Shown in pieces: positions 1 to 10,206 of a stretch of DNA of 64,000 nt. A program made the translations under genes and the position numbers. The DNA comes from a virus, in the IMG/VR virus record IMGVR_UViG_3300042884_000193, positions 32,001 through 96,000 of that record; one strand, 5' to 3'. Under the pieces are notes generated by a model, which did no database searches, was not told the origin of the DNA, and saw nothing but the letters and a program-made list of their open reading frames with translations. Each line of letters opens with the position of its first letter. Positions within the stretch are counted from its first letter, which is position 1.

Positions 1-3000
1 AGGGCACTATAAACTTTTTTATTTTTATCTTTGAAAATAAACTTTTTAGTATATCCTTCCGCCTCTGTTTTATTATAAGCAAAATAAATCCCCTCTTTGG
101 TATTGAAGTCATTTTTCTTATAACCTTCTTCTCCGGGTTTATAAAATCTTCCTAAATTTTCTATTCCGATATTTCCTCCATGATAAACAATATTTTTTTC
201 TTGGCTATCCGGAAATATAGTAGTAAGGTATTGAGAGTATTGTTGCAGAGTCCCGATAGATGCTAATTCAAGATCAGCATCAAATAATTCTTTAACACCG
301 CCTTTTATTTCTTCTGTCTTCTCTGGTTCTGCTTTAGTAGTAGTTGTTGTTGTTCTTCCTAATAAAGGTTCAAACTGTTTTGTTTGTTTATTATAAACTT
401 CTACATCTTTAGCTTTTACAACCTCATTTTCTTTAAAGTTTGCTTGATTAACTCTAATAGTTTCAGTAGTGTCTTTATCTCCGTACCAGTTTTTATTATT
501 TCCCTTAGTCCAATACTTAGTATTTTTATTACCACCTCTTTGTTTACCCTCTCTTGAAAATACACCACCACTTTCTATAATTGCATCTATTTCTGTTTGT
601 GAGAGTGTACGATAATTATAACCTTCTTCCGATATATGGTCATCAGCAGATGCTTCACCTAATTGCAGATTACTTTCAAATACTCTATTTGTAAATCCTT
701 CTGGTGTAATTACTTCTTTAGTAGTAGTTGTAGTTGCAGGTCCGGCTTTTTTCTTAAGTACTGGAAGTTGAATGTTAACTGTGTTGTTAGCTTGATTATA
801 TGAAACACGAGCATTAGGCATAAGAGCTAATATCTCTTCTTTTATTTTATTAAACTCTTCTCTATTTGCAACAGTTATTGGATTATATAAGTCTTCTTTC
901 TCTTGCTGACTCTTGGCATTTCTAAGACCTTCTTTTGAAGCAGCATTTAAACTAATACTGCTCATTACAGGATTACCACTAGCATCTGTAAGAATTTCAT
1001 ATTCTCTATTTAGTTGTTGAGCATAAAGCTTAAGACCTTCTAATGATATATTAGTTGATTCAGTATACTCATGATCTACAGGAAGTCTAGACTGAACTTC
1101 AGATAGCATAGTTTTAAATGCTTCTTTGTTACCAGACTCATTTGATATTTTAGATGTCCATCTGTTTGTGGGCTTATCATTTACATATAATCTGACATAG
1201 CCTACATAATCATTATCACTTGTTCCTGACATGATAACATCCACAACACCACTTATAGGATTGGTATACACAGCCATTCCAATTCCATTTACCTCTGTAT
1301 ATGCAGATATTTTAGATCGTCTTCTTTCTAATTCTGCTTCTAGCTCCTGAGCTTTTTGCTCATCTTTCTCTACAAGACGAGCTTTTTTTATTTCATTTTC
1401 TAATACAGATTCAGAGTCACCAATAGCTTGCGCAAAATTGGAAGTTTCTGGAAACATCTCGGTATCTCTATTAGCCTGTACATCTGTAGTAGTTTCTGTA
1501 TCCATTGGTACAACTAGAGGTACAAACTCTTCTGTTGTTGTACCTCCTGAAGCAGCTAGTTCTGCATTGTATTTAGTGTCTAACCATTTTTGACCTTCAG
1601 CATAACTGTCAAAAGTTTTTTGTTCTCCATAGTTATTTACAATATATACATTCTGGCCAACCGGTCTTATGTTATCTAACTCGTTATAATCAAAAGGTCT
1701 TACATGTGTAAAAGTAAATCTATTTCTTTCATAGGAAGATTGACTTCCTGGCTCTAATGAATAGCTTATTTTTTTTCTTCTTTCTATATCATCAATTTGA
1801 GCTTGTATAGCTGGATCAGTTGTTGTTGACTCCGCAACAGGTACTTCAAGCTTTGCTTTAACCTCAGCTTGAATAGCATCTAACTTATTCTGGATTACTC
1901 TTAGGTTATTGATAAGCTGTATTACATTAGGCTTTGTATTCTCATCAATAGGTATACTAAGTGTAGCAGAAGCAGCATAAGGCTTTGGATCTATAATAGT
2001 ACCATCAGCTTTGACCTGACCATTAAGATAGAATATAAAATCTATAGGACTATCAAGATAAGTATCCATATCCTCTCTTCTGATAATGCTGAAACCATCC
2101 ATTGTTACAACGGTAAAGTCACCAGGTTTACCTGAAGAGAAAGGCATGTTTTCTTGATTACCAAAGAAGTCAGCTAATGTTAGATTACCGAGCTCATTTA
2201 GCATTGAGTTTATCAATTGAACTTGGGTTATAGCGACAGCAGATTTCTGAGATATAGCTTTATCAATTGCTTCTTTATATGCTTGATAGATCTCATCTTG
2301 ACGTGGCGTCAATGATCCTGCTTCTACGGCAACTTTGATATCTAGTAGAATCTGATCTGATACCGGCTCATTATTTTTAAATGCACGGTATGCGTCATCT
2401 GTAATAATCTCAGGTGTAATACTTACTGATCCAGATCCTCCTTGTGATTGACCAGGAGTTTGTGCTTGACCTCCACCAGTGCGACCAGTTGTAATATTAA
2501 ACTGATCAATAACATATGCAGCAAAAGGATTAGTAGTTACAAATGTCTCAAAGTCATCTGGTGTTTCTCCTGTAGCTTGTTGTTGAGGTAAGTATGTATT
2601 AGTATATACATTCTGAAGACTAGTAACAAGATCAGTAAGAGCCATAATCTCTTTTATATCTGTCTGCTGGGTAATAGGTACACCTCCTGGTTGACTGTTG
2701 CCACCGGTTGTGCCGCCTTGTCCAGACATATTACTTCCAGAGGTACCTTGCTTATCAAATGTATGAGCTGTTAAGTTAATTACCTCATCCAATAAGCTGT
2801 CATTCTTTGAAGGATTAATTCTAAAGATTTTGCTTAAGAAATCAAATAATGCTTTCTTAAACTCAGACCACATAGATATAGGTGTAGACTTAGGACCATT
2901 ATAGGTTATGTTTTGAAGTATTGCTTGGAATGTACCATTAGTCAATGCCTCTGCAACAAAGGTGCGCACATCATCTAAACCAATTGGTAAGATAGATGTT

Positions 3001-6000
3001 TTAGATGTCTTATAGTATTCAGATTTAGCTAAGTTTAATAACTGAGTCATCTGTAACTCAAATTGCTCATTCTCATCTATCTGACGGTTAACTAAGTATT
3101 GTAATGCACCGTTTAAGATAAGTGACTCTAATCTTAGAGTACCACCAATATAATCTGATGATGCAAAACGAGCATCAACTACAATACCACCAGTATCACT
3201 AAACCTTACAGGTACTGTAGCATTTTTAACAAAACGTATTTGGATCTTGTCTGATACAAGGTTCATAAGCTTCTTAGCTAAGAACTTATCATACTTACCA
3301 GCAAAGCCACTTATACTTACAGCCTTTAATATCTCCTGCAAAGAAACAGATTGATCAAACTGATCAATGTCCAGGTTAAACTGTGCATAGATCTGTTTTA
3401 ATATTCTTTTATCTGTAGCATCTTTGTCTAGTCTATTCAAAGAGAACTCATCTTGAAATTCAGATATGGTTTTACCACTTAAAGTTTTACCAGTAGATCT
3501 TTCAAAGTTATCTATCTCTTGAAGAACCTCTTTGTACTTTGGGTGGTTATGGTCAATAGTTTCCATATTCTCCGCATCTACAAACTCGTCTGGTAAAATA
3601 CCATCATCCTCAAATGCTTTAACAAATCTAGGATCAAAGAATATCTTCTTATTTATTAAGTTATTAAGAAATGCATTTAAGTCATTCTTGTGCTGAAGTG
3701 CATCCCAAATCTTTTCTCTTTGTAGCTTGCTATTTTTATGTACAAACTCAAGGGCCTCTTTAATTCTACCGTGGTGTATATTAAAACCTTCTGGATCATG
3801 TAGTCTATTCAATGCATCAACAGCATTACCTAGATCTGATCCATGTTGCATCATTTCTACTAAGTTGTTAAATGCCTTGTCAATGTTCTCATCAAGAACC
3901 ATATCTTTATTTACTCCGGCCTTAAACTTAAGTAAAGTATAAAAAGAATTGCGTAAATCGGTAATAGCGTTCTCTATATCAACAGTTACAGGATCCACAA
4001 TATCACCAGTAACAGGATCTCTTTGGATCTTATCTCTATTTTTAGCATAGTCTACAGCTGCCGATTTTAATTTATCTGTAACTATATCATATGTTGCTAA
4101 GTAATTTTTATAGTGTGCTAACTCAGTATCAATTTCCGCAAGCTTTTTAGCAGCCTCATCTGATGTTGCAGCAGCCTCAGCATATACAAGTCTTTCTTTA
4201 GCTAGTAAATCTACCTCTGTAGCAATTCCTCCACGGGTCATCATGTTTGTAAATGCGATACCCGACATTGATTGTAGGGGTTTGCTCTTAGAAGCTCTTG
4301 CTGTAATTTCAGAAATATAATCTTGAGCAGTTACAAGTTTAGTCTTCATTAATGCCATGTCAAATCTTACATCCTCAAATGCAATGTATTTGTACATCTC
4401 ATCTTCAAACTTCTCTTTGTCCTTTACTTGATCATACTGCCAAGGATTATAATGATTTTTTAAGCTTTGAGCTTCCTCAAAACTTTGTTTCATCATATCT
4501 ACTTTTTCAATAGAATTTGTAAGTCTATCTCTTAAACTTTTATTATCACCTTCTGCTTCTAGTTTTACACCAGGGAAAGCAGCCTGAAGATCTTTGTCCT
4601 CTAAGTTTAAGAACTCACTTAATGTATCTTTTAATAAATCAGTTTGACCGGACTTAAATAAAGTATGTAATTTTTTAAATAGCGCAAGATCTTGTGCCTC
4701 TAATTGAGAATGGGCAGATCCCGCATTACGACCCATCATCATAAAATCGGAGAAGCTTACCTGATGCGCTAGGTCACTGTCTATCATATTAAAGAAAGCC
4801 TGTGGGTTTGTATCCATTACAGCTACAACCTCCATAAAATCTTTCTTGAATTCAGCTCTTTGTTTTTTTACATTACTATATGTTTTATCTATGCCTAATT
4901 TATCAGCAACTATTGCAGGCGCTGTCTGTGTGGCAAAGTTTAAGGCTTGTCCATATTTACCCATAACACTACCAATAGCAAAACCACTAATAAATGTCTC
5001 TAAACCTTGTGCTGTAAATTGTTCATCTAATCCTTTTTGAAAGGATGCACGCATTCCAGCAGACTGAGCTAACTCAGGAGTTAAATATAATTTTGTATAG
5101 TAATCTTTATATCCCGTAGAAATCATCTCCTGATAGTTTTCTTGAAGACCTTCAGGGGCACCCGCAATAAACATATTCTTTACACGGCTAGGTGATGTTT
5201 GTAGTATGTGCTTATAGTATAATCTTGAGTTCTTAGCAAAAGGATTAAGCCTGCTTAATCCAGCTTTAAATCCTGTTTCAAGGATCACTGTTTTACCACC
5301 ATCTCTCACGGCCTTACCACCCACAGCTGCACCAACATTAAGCAACCTATCAGATGCTCTACCAATACCTCTAAACATATTGTTTAGAGTAATCTTATTA
5401 GTGTAAAAAATTATAGGTGCATTTGCTTTTGTTGTGGCGGCTCCTGCAGTTGTAGCAAGTTCATTTAATCTATTAATCTCTTGATCAGTAAGATTTCCTT
5501 TTTGTTTAGTTACTTCATTAATAATATCATTTTGCACCATACCTCCTTCAAGACGAGACTCTGACATTGCCATGTTTATTTCAGAGGCATCTCTGAAAAA
5601 CTCCCCAAATATAGTACGACCTTGTGCAATTGCAGTCATTGTTTTTCCTGCTCTTACTCCTTTAATTGCGTCAAGTCCTAGTCTAGTACTTCTAAAAAAA
5701 GGATTAGCAAAAGCATTAAGTGTTTTAGCAGTACCTACAGCTGCAAATCTAGCAGCTTGATAAAAGTCTTTTGCTCTATTTACAGTTTTTATTGTACGCA
5801 TTAATTCAGAACCTGTAGATAAAGTTCTACTAAGCTGCATTAAATTTCTACCCATTCGGGGTAGTGTAAATTCTGAAAGTGATCCTCTTGATGCTGTAGT
5901 AAGAGCTGCTAATGCAACTTCTTCTGCAGCAAATTCAGTAATAGCTCCTAATGAATATTGCAATGAACCAAATATATTTGCAGCGCTTCCCCAAAAACCT

Positions 6001-6632
6001 TCACGATCAGAGTGCATTAGATCTAATTGATCTGCAAAAAGTTGTGCAGCATAAGGATCTGTATCTTTATTCCATTCTACCCAGCTCGATGCTTGGTCAG
6101 CCATACCCCGACCAAATAATTCCATATTAGCAGCTGTCTGAAAATCATCCCATCCTGTAGTGTATTGTAAATAATAGTCATTATTATTTCTATATGGGTG
6201 AAAACCCACATCATCAAACTCATTATGATTATACCATTTTGCAAATCTTCTTCCATCAACATTAGCTCCATATATTCTATCTCCTGCCATGTGATAGTTT
6301 GTAGGACTAGACCATTGTTCTGATGCAATCATTTGAGCACCTGCTCCTTCAGCAAATGCCATAGATGACGTAGGTTTAGGTTGCGGTCCTCCATCAAAAC
6401 CAGCAGCCAAAACAGGAGAGTTCTCTTTAAATTTATCAGATGCAGCTTTTACCTCAGAATCAATTACTGTAACTAAAGGAGGAACATTACTAGATTCAGC
6501 AATATCCATCATATTGGGTGTATCTTCTAAAGCTAAATTGTTAAGCATATTAGCAGATTCAGATACAGGAATATTTGCATTCATATCAAAAGCCTCTTGA
6601 TTAAATGCCTCAGATTGTAAGTTTTCTGCCAT
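1..6632 (-). CDS. Giant polyvalent virion cargo/ejection-type protein, >=2210 aa, truncated at left edge
   Basis: ATG at 6632-6630 overlaps the TAA of the upstream gene (TAATG). Manual translation at 6632, ~3100, ~2950 and 3-300 is in one frame (MAENLQSEAF...VYHGG...GIYFAYNKTEAEGY). It is absent from the ORF track, consistent with no stop inside the window. Contains degenerate zincin, GNAT-like and ART-like segments. Confidence 0.85.
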   Translation of the reverse strand, partial: MAENLQSEAFNQEAFDMNANIPVSESANMLNNLALEDTPNMMDIAESSNVPPLVTVIDSEVKAASDKFKENSPVLAAGFDGGPQPKPTSSMAFAEGAGAQMIASEQWSSPTNYHMAGDRIYGANVDGRRFAKWYNHNEFDDVGFHPYRNNNDYYLQYTTGWDDFQTAANMELFGRGMADQASSWVEWNKDTDPYAAQLFADQLDLMHSDREGFWGSAANIFGSLQYSLGAITEFAAEEVALAALTTASRGSLSEFTLPRMGRNLMQLSRTLSTGSELMRTIKTVNRAKDFYQAARFAAVGTAKTLNAFANPFFRSTRLGLDAIKGVRAGKTMTAIAQGRTIFGEFFRDASEINMAMSESRLEGGMVQNDIINEVTKQKGNLTDQEINRLNELATTAGAATTKANAPIIFYTNKITLNNMFRGIGRASDRLLNVGAAVGGKAVRDGGKTVILETGFKAGLSRLNPFAKNSRLYYKHILQTSPSRVKNMFIAGAPEGLQENYQEMISTGYKDYYTKLYLTPELAQSAGMRASFQKGLDEQFTAQGLETFISGFAIGSVMGKYGQALNFATQTAPAIVADKLGIDKTYSNVKKQRAEFKKDFMEVVAVMDTNPQAFFNMIDSDLAHQVSFSDFMMMGRNAGSAHSQLEAQDLALFKKLHTLFKSGQTDLLKDTLSEFLNLEDKDLQAAFPGVKLEAEGDNKSLRDRLTNSIEKVDMMKQSFEEAQSLKNHYNPWQYDQVKDKEKFEDEMYKYIAFEDVRFDMALMKTKLVTAQDYISEITARASKSKPLQSMSGIAFTNMMTRGGIATEVDLLAKERLVYAEAAATSDEAAKKLAEIDTELAHYKNYLATYDIVTDKLKSAAVDYAKNRDKIQRDPVTGDIVDPVTVDIENAITDLRNSFYTLLKFKAGVNKDMVLDENIDKAFNNLVEMMQHGSDLGNAVDALNRLHDPEGFNIHHGRIKEALEFVHKNSKLQREKIWDALQHKNDLNAFLNNLINKKIFFDPRFVKAFEDDGILPDEFVDAENMETIDHNHPKYKEVLQEIDNFERSTGKTLSGKTISEFQDEFSLNRLDKDATDKRILKQIYAQFNLDIDQFDQSVSLQEILKAVSISGFAGKYDKFLAKKLMNLVSDKIQIRFVKNATVPVRFSDTGGIVVDARFASSDYIGGTLRLESLILNGALQYLVNRQIDENEQFELQMTQLLNLAKSEYYKTSKTSILPIGLDDVRTFVAEALTNGTFQAILQNITYNGPKSTPISMWSEFKKALFDFLSKIFRINPSKNDSLLDEVINLTAHTFDKQGTSGSNMSGQGGTTGGNSQPGGVPITQQTDIKEIMALTDLVTSLQNVYTNTYLPQQQATGETPDDFETFVTTNPFAAYVIDQFNITTGRTGGGQAQTPGQSQGGSGSVSITPEIITDDAYRAFKNNEPVSDQILLDIKVAVEAGSLTPRQDEIYQAYKEAIDKAISQKSAVAITQVQLINSMLNELGNLTLADFFGNQENMPFSSGKPGDFTVVTMDGFSIIRREDMDTYLDSPIDFIFYLNGQVKADGTIIDPKPYAASATLSIPIDENTKPNVIQLINNLRVIQNKLDAIQAEVKAKLEVPVAESTTTDPAIQAQIDDIERRKKISYSLEPGSQSSYERNRFTFTHVRPFDYNELDNIRPVGQNVYIVNNYGEQKTFDSYAEGQKWLDTKYNAELAASGGTTTEEFVPLVVPMDTETTTDVQANRDTEMFPETSNFAQAIGDSESVLENEIKKARLVEKDEQKAQELEAELERRRSKISAYTEVNGIGMAVYTNPISGVVDVIMSGTSDNDYVGYVRLYVNDKPTNRWTSKISNESGNKEAFKTMLSEVQSRLPVDHEYTESTNISLEGLKLYAQQLNREYEILTDASGNPVMSSISLNAASKEGLRNAKSQQEKEDLYNPITVANREEFNKIKEEILALMPNARVSYNQANNTVNIQLPVLKKKAGPATTTTTKEVITPEGFTNRVFESNLQLGEASADDHISEEGYNYRTLSQTEIDAIIESGGVFSREGKQRGGNKNTKYWTKGNNKNWYGDKDTTETIRVNQANFKENEVVKAKDVEVYNKQTKQFEPLLGRTTTTTTKAEPEKTEEIKGGVKELFDADLELASIGTLQQYSQYLTTIFPDSQEKNIVYHGGNIGIENLGRFYKPGEEGYKKNDFNTKEGIYFAYNKTEAEGYTKKFIFKDKNKKVYSA

Positions 6633-9600
6633 TATTTTTTTCTTGGTGGATTAGAACGGTAGTCATTGATAATCACTCTATTTAACTGAGACAATGTTTT
6701 TTCTGTAGTATCTCTTATAAGAGTTAAATTCTCACCAACACCTATCTCACGATATACATTTGTATGGGGTACAATTTTTCCTTGTGAAGGATCATATGCA
6801 TTATAAGCACCTGAAACTAAAACATTAGTACTGTTTGGTACAGGACTAAAAGTTATTTTTCCTGCATATGTGCCTTGCATAGGGTTATTGTAATCAACTT
6901 CATAAGTATTACCACCTCTAACATAATTACCTAGTTGATCTCCTTTTCTCAATTCTTTAATTAATTGAGTATTAGCTTGAGATGCTGGCATAATAACAGT
7001 ATATATTTCATCATCTTTTTTAGATGTCGCGGCAATTGCAGCTTGTTCTTCTTCTGTTAAATTTTTACCAGCTTCTCCCGACTGAGTTCTTGATGCAATG
7101 TAACCACCGTTTAATGAAAACTCAAATGACACATAATCCTTACTACCTAAAGTAACAAGACGTGTAGTCATTCCTCCTCTCGGTCTTTGTAAATCTTTTG
7201 AAGTCCATTTAGAGTCAAAGTCATTTATATCTTCAATAAAGTGTTTAAGAGCATCTGCCCCTATAGTGCTATTATCTTTTGATAGCATGTCAGATATAGT
7301 TTCATATGATGATAACTTACCTGGTAAAATTTTAACACCCTTAGGATCGACTGCAACAGCTTCTTGATAATTTCTATAAGCATCTCTAACGTGAGCCATT
7401 CCAGGACCTGCATAATTTGCAGCATCAGAATGTGAGTAATAAGGAATTGATACAATACCTCCTCCTGCTTTTTGAGTATCCATTCCTGGAAAAATTTGTT
7501 TTAAATCAGTAGAGGCATTATAGGATCGTTTATAGTTTTGAGTATAAAGCTCAAAAAATTCAGCATACTTGTCATCCCTATCTATCCAGTCTTGTGCATT
7601 TTCTTTTGATATATTAGTACCATCTGAGTTTACAATTCTTTCTGGTTGAGCCCAACCTAAAAGAGAACCCTTATTACCATAACCGGAACGCACATAGTTT
7701 AAAGTATATTCCTGTACCTTATCATCAAACTCAATAGATTTCATTCTTTGAGCATAATAATTTTTACCTTTTTCAACAGCCTTATCCCAAAGATCACCAG
7801 CATTTGTAGAAGCACTCCACGTATCTAAATTAAGATCTGTATAACCACCTCTTAATTTTCTGTATTCTTCATTAACTACAGCTTGTGACTCAAGCAAAAT
7901 GCCCTGTTGCGTATATCTTGTTGTTTCATAATCAACTACATATGAATTTTTATCCTTATCAAAACGCATATATTTACGCACAATGTGATCATTAGCATCT
8001 GTGATATTTTTATTAGCATTTTCAGGTCTATACTGTTCTTCTCTTTGCTTTTCTTTGTACCGGTCCCACCATTTATTTATGGATTCTTGTTTCTTTTCTG
8101 GAGATAACTTTAAATAAACTGGATTTTGTAGCCAATTTTGTATTAGCTCACTGCCATACTCATCAGTTAATCTACTATTATTAGCACCTCCTTTTTCAGC
8201 AGCAGTTATAGTATATGCTAGTTTAGATACTTTTTCATTATTAGCAGCTAAATCCTTCTCCATTTGGTCTTGGTTGACAATTGGAATTTTGAGTGCTGAT
8301 ATTTTAGCAAATATATCACCCTCATCACCTCTTCCTAATTTATTAGCTTTAAGAAGTGCAGCTGCAGCTGGGTTATCAAATGCTGCCATTACTTGATCGA
8401 TACCTTTCATACCCTTTGGTTGTTTATCTTTTTGCCAACTTGGTAACTTATATCTGTAGTAATCCTCTATTTGAGATCCTGGTAAATTAATTAATCTAGT
8501 TCTCCAGTCTCCTTTATCATCATTTGTAACACCCAATAGATCAGCAATAACTGATTTTGCTATTAAAGCTTGACTAGGATTATCACCTTTAGCAATATTA
8601 ACCAGTAAGGCTAAGGAACTTGTATACACAAGTCTTAATTGTTCTTTAGGATTTCCCGCATCTTTAATAGCATCTTCCGCCAATAATTGTGTACCATATC
8701 TCCAGTCAGATTCACCGCCGGCAGTTATATCAAATAAATTTCCATCAGTTCCTCCTTCTGGAGTCATCGGACCTGTTGGATCATTAGGATCTGCACCATT
8801 AACACCATTATTTCCTTTAACTTCACCTTTGGCTATTGCCAACTTCATATCATTCTGAGCTCTAAGATTTTCTTTGGCAATGTCCATCCCAAAGTCAAGT
8901 TGCATTTTTGCAGCATCTAATTGAGATTGCAACATCATTTTAGATCTATCTAAAGCAGCATCATATGCGGATTTTGCATACGGGTTTACCTCAAGATCTA
9001 CACTCTCATAAGCACTCGCAAATGCTACAGATGTATCATATAATGTTTTAGATAGTATGTCTCTTGATACAGCGGCATCAATCTTATTTCTTAAAGCACT
9101 AATGTTATTTACATCAAGTACTTCAGGATCTGTAATGCTTAATGTTTCATTATGATACTTAGCTGCATTATTTTCTACTGCAATCTGCTCGTCATTTAAA
9201 CCAAGTGCTTTATTTAATTCATCTTCAGGATTAATAAATATACCTTTATCTATAGCATCTTTAACAACGGTATTAGATGCTGTAAGTTGATCTCTATTAG
9301 ATTCAGCTTGAAGTTTTTGTTGTCTTGCAAAGTCATTAAGCTGAGTTGTCATATCATTTAAGTACGCAAGTTCAGCCTGTTGGGGATCACCACTACCAGA
9401 ATTTTGAGCAACATAATCCTTTCTTTTTAGGTATGCTTGGGTACGCATAAGTTCTTGGACTTTTGGATCAGAACCATAACTTTGCAATAAATAATTATAT
9501 AGGGGTGATACAATGGGGGCACCACCTTTAGTTTTTACTATCCATTTACCATCTGAAGAAAAACTTACTTTCTCAACATCTTCAAAACCCATCTTCTTAA

Positions 9601-10150
9601 GATCATTCATTGCATTTTTAGCAACATTAACATAAGAAGTATAAGTAGGTTTACCATATTGACGAGCTTGATCAGCTGATGCTTTAGAGAAATCTTGAGC
9701 CCAATAATTTAAAGCTCTTACACCACCTTCCCAATATTCTTCCCCACCACAATCCTTAGGATCAATACAGTTTTTAAGTCTTTCAGCTTTAGCTAACTCT
9801 TGCTGGTATTGACCAGTACGCATCATATCATAATTAATATCTTCATCATCAATTAATGGCTGAAATATTTTAGCAGCTGCGTTAACATTTTGCTCTAATG
9901 ATAAGTCAAGGGTAGATACTTTTTGAATACCACTCTGGATCTTTTTAAAGAACTCATCTCTACGCTGTGAGCTCTCCTGTCTTAGGACCGGAGCATTTAA
10001 TAATGATGCATAGAGATTGTTTACCTGATTGTAACCTTGGTCATACTGATACTGCTTAGTTTGCAGCATATTACCAAAGAAATTAAGGTCAGGTTGATAC
10101 GGTTGTATCTCTGGAAGAAACTGTGATATACCTTGGAGAAAAGCTGTCAT
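6632..10150 (-). CDS. Large virion cargo/ejection protein (1172 aa)
   Basis: Long ORF with helical N-terminus (QPYQPDLNF...KQYQYDQG); lies between cargo-like genes and the giant protein, as in crAss-like phages. Confidence 0.6.
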   Translation of the reverse strand: MTAFLQGISQFLPEIQPYQPDLNFFGNMLQTKQYQYDQGYNQVNNLYASLLNAPVLRQESSQRRDEFFKKIQSGIQKVSTLDLSLEQNVNAAAKIFQPLIDDEDINYDMMRTGQYQQELAKAERLKNCIDPKDCGGEEYWEGGVRALNYWAQDFSKASADQARQYGKPTYTSYVNVAKNAMNDLKKMGFEDVEKVSFSSDGKWIVKTKGGAPIVSPLYNYLLQSYGSDPKVQELMRTQAYLKRKDYVAQNSGSGDPQQAELAYLNDMTTQLNDFARQQKLQAESNRDQLTASNTVVKDAIDKGIFINPEDELNKALGLNDEQIAVENNAAKYHNETLSITDPEVLDVNNISALRNKIDAAVSRDILSKTLYDTSVAFASAYESVDLEVNPYAKSAYDAALDRSKMMLQSQLDAAKMQLDFGMDIAKENLRAQNDMKLAIAKGEVKGNNGVNGADPNDPTGPMTPEGGTDGNLFDITAGGESDWRYGTQLLAEDAIKDAGNPKEQLRLVYTSSLALLVNIAKGDNPSQALIAKSVIADLLGVTNDDKGDWRTRLINLPGSQIEDYYRYKLPSWQKDKQPKGMKGIDQVMAAFDNPAAAALLKANKLGRGDEGDIFAKISALKIPIVNQDQMEKDLAANNEKVSKLAYTITAAEKGGANNSRLTDEYGSELIQNWLQNPVYLKLSPEKKQESINKWWDRYKEKQREEQYRPENANKNITDANDHIVRKYMRFDKDKNSYVVDYETTRYTQQGILLESQAVVNEEYRKLRGGYTDLNLDTWSASTNAGDLWDKAVEKGKNYYAQRMKSIEFDDKVQEYTLNYVRSGYGNKGSLLGWAQPERIVNSDGTNISKENAQDWIDRDDKYAEFFELYTQNYKRSYNASTDLKQIFPGMDTQKAGGGIVSIPYYSHSDAANYAGPGMAHVRDAYRNYQEAVAVDPKGVKILPGKLSSYETISDMLSKDNSTIGADALKHFIEDINDFDSKWTSKDLQRPRGGMTTRLVTLGSKDYVSFEFSLNGGYIASRTQSGEAGKNLTEEEQAAIAATSKKDDEIYTVIMPASQANTQLIKELRKGDQLGNYVRGGNTYEVDYNNPMQGTYAGKITFSPVPNSTNVLVSGAYNAYDPSQGKIVPHTNVYREIGVGENLTLIRDTTEKTLSQLNRVIINDYRSNPPRKK

Positions 10151-10206
10151 AATTATGTTATAAAAGTATTACAAAAGATTTAGATTTACTAAACCTCATA
10201 AATTTA

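Noticed and set aside
1-6632. Calling the giant ORF the virion RNA polymerase
   Set aside because: No catalytic DxDxD motif was seen in the parts I translated; it may lie beyond the window edge or in another gene.
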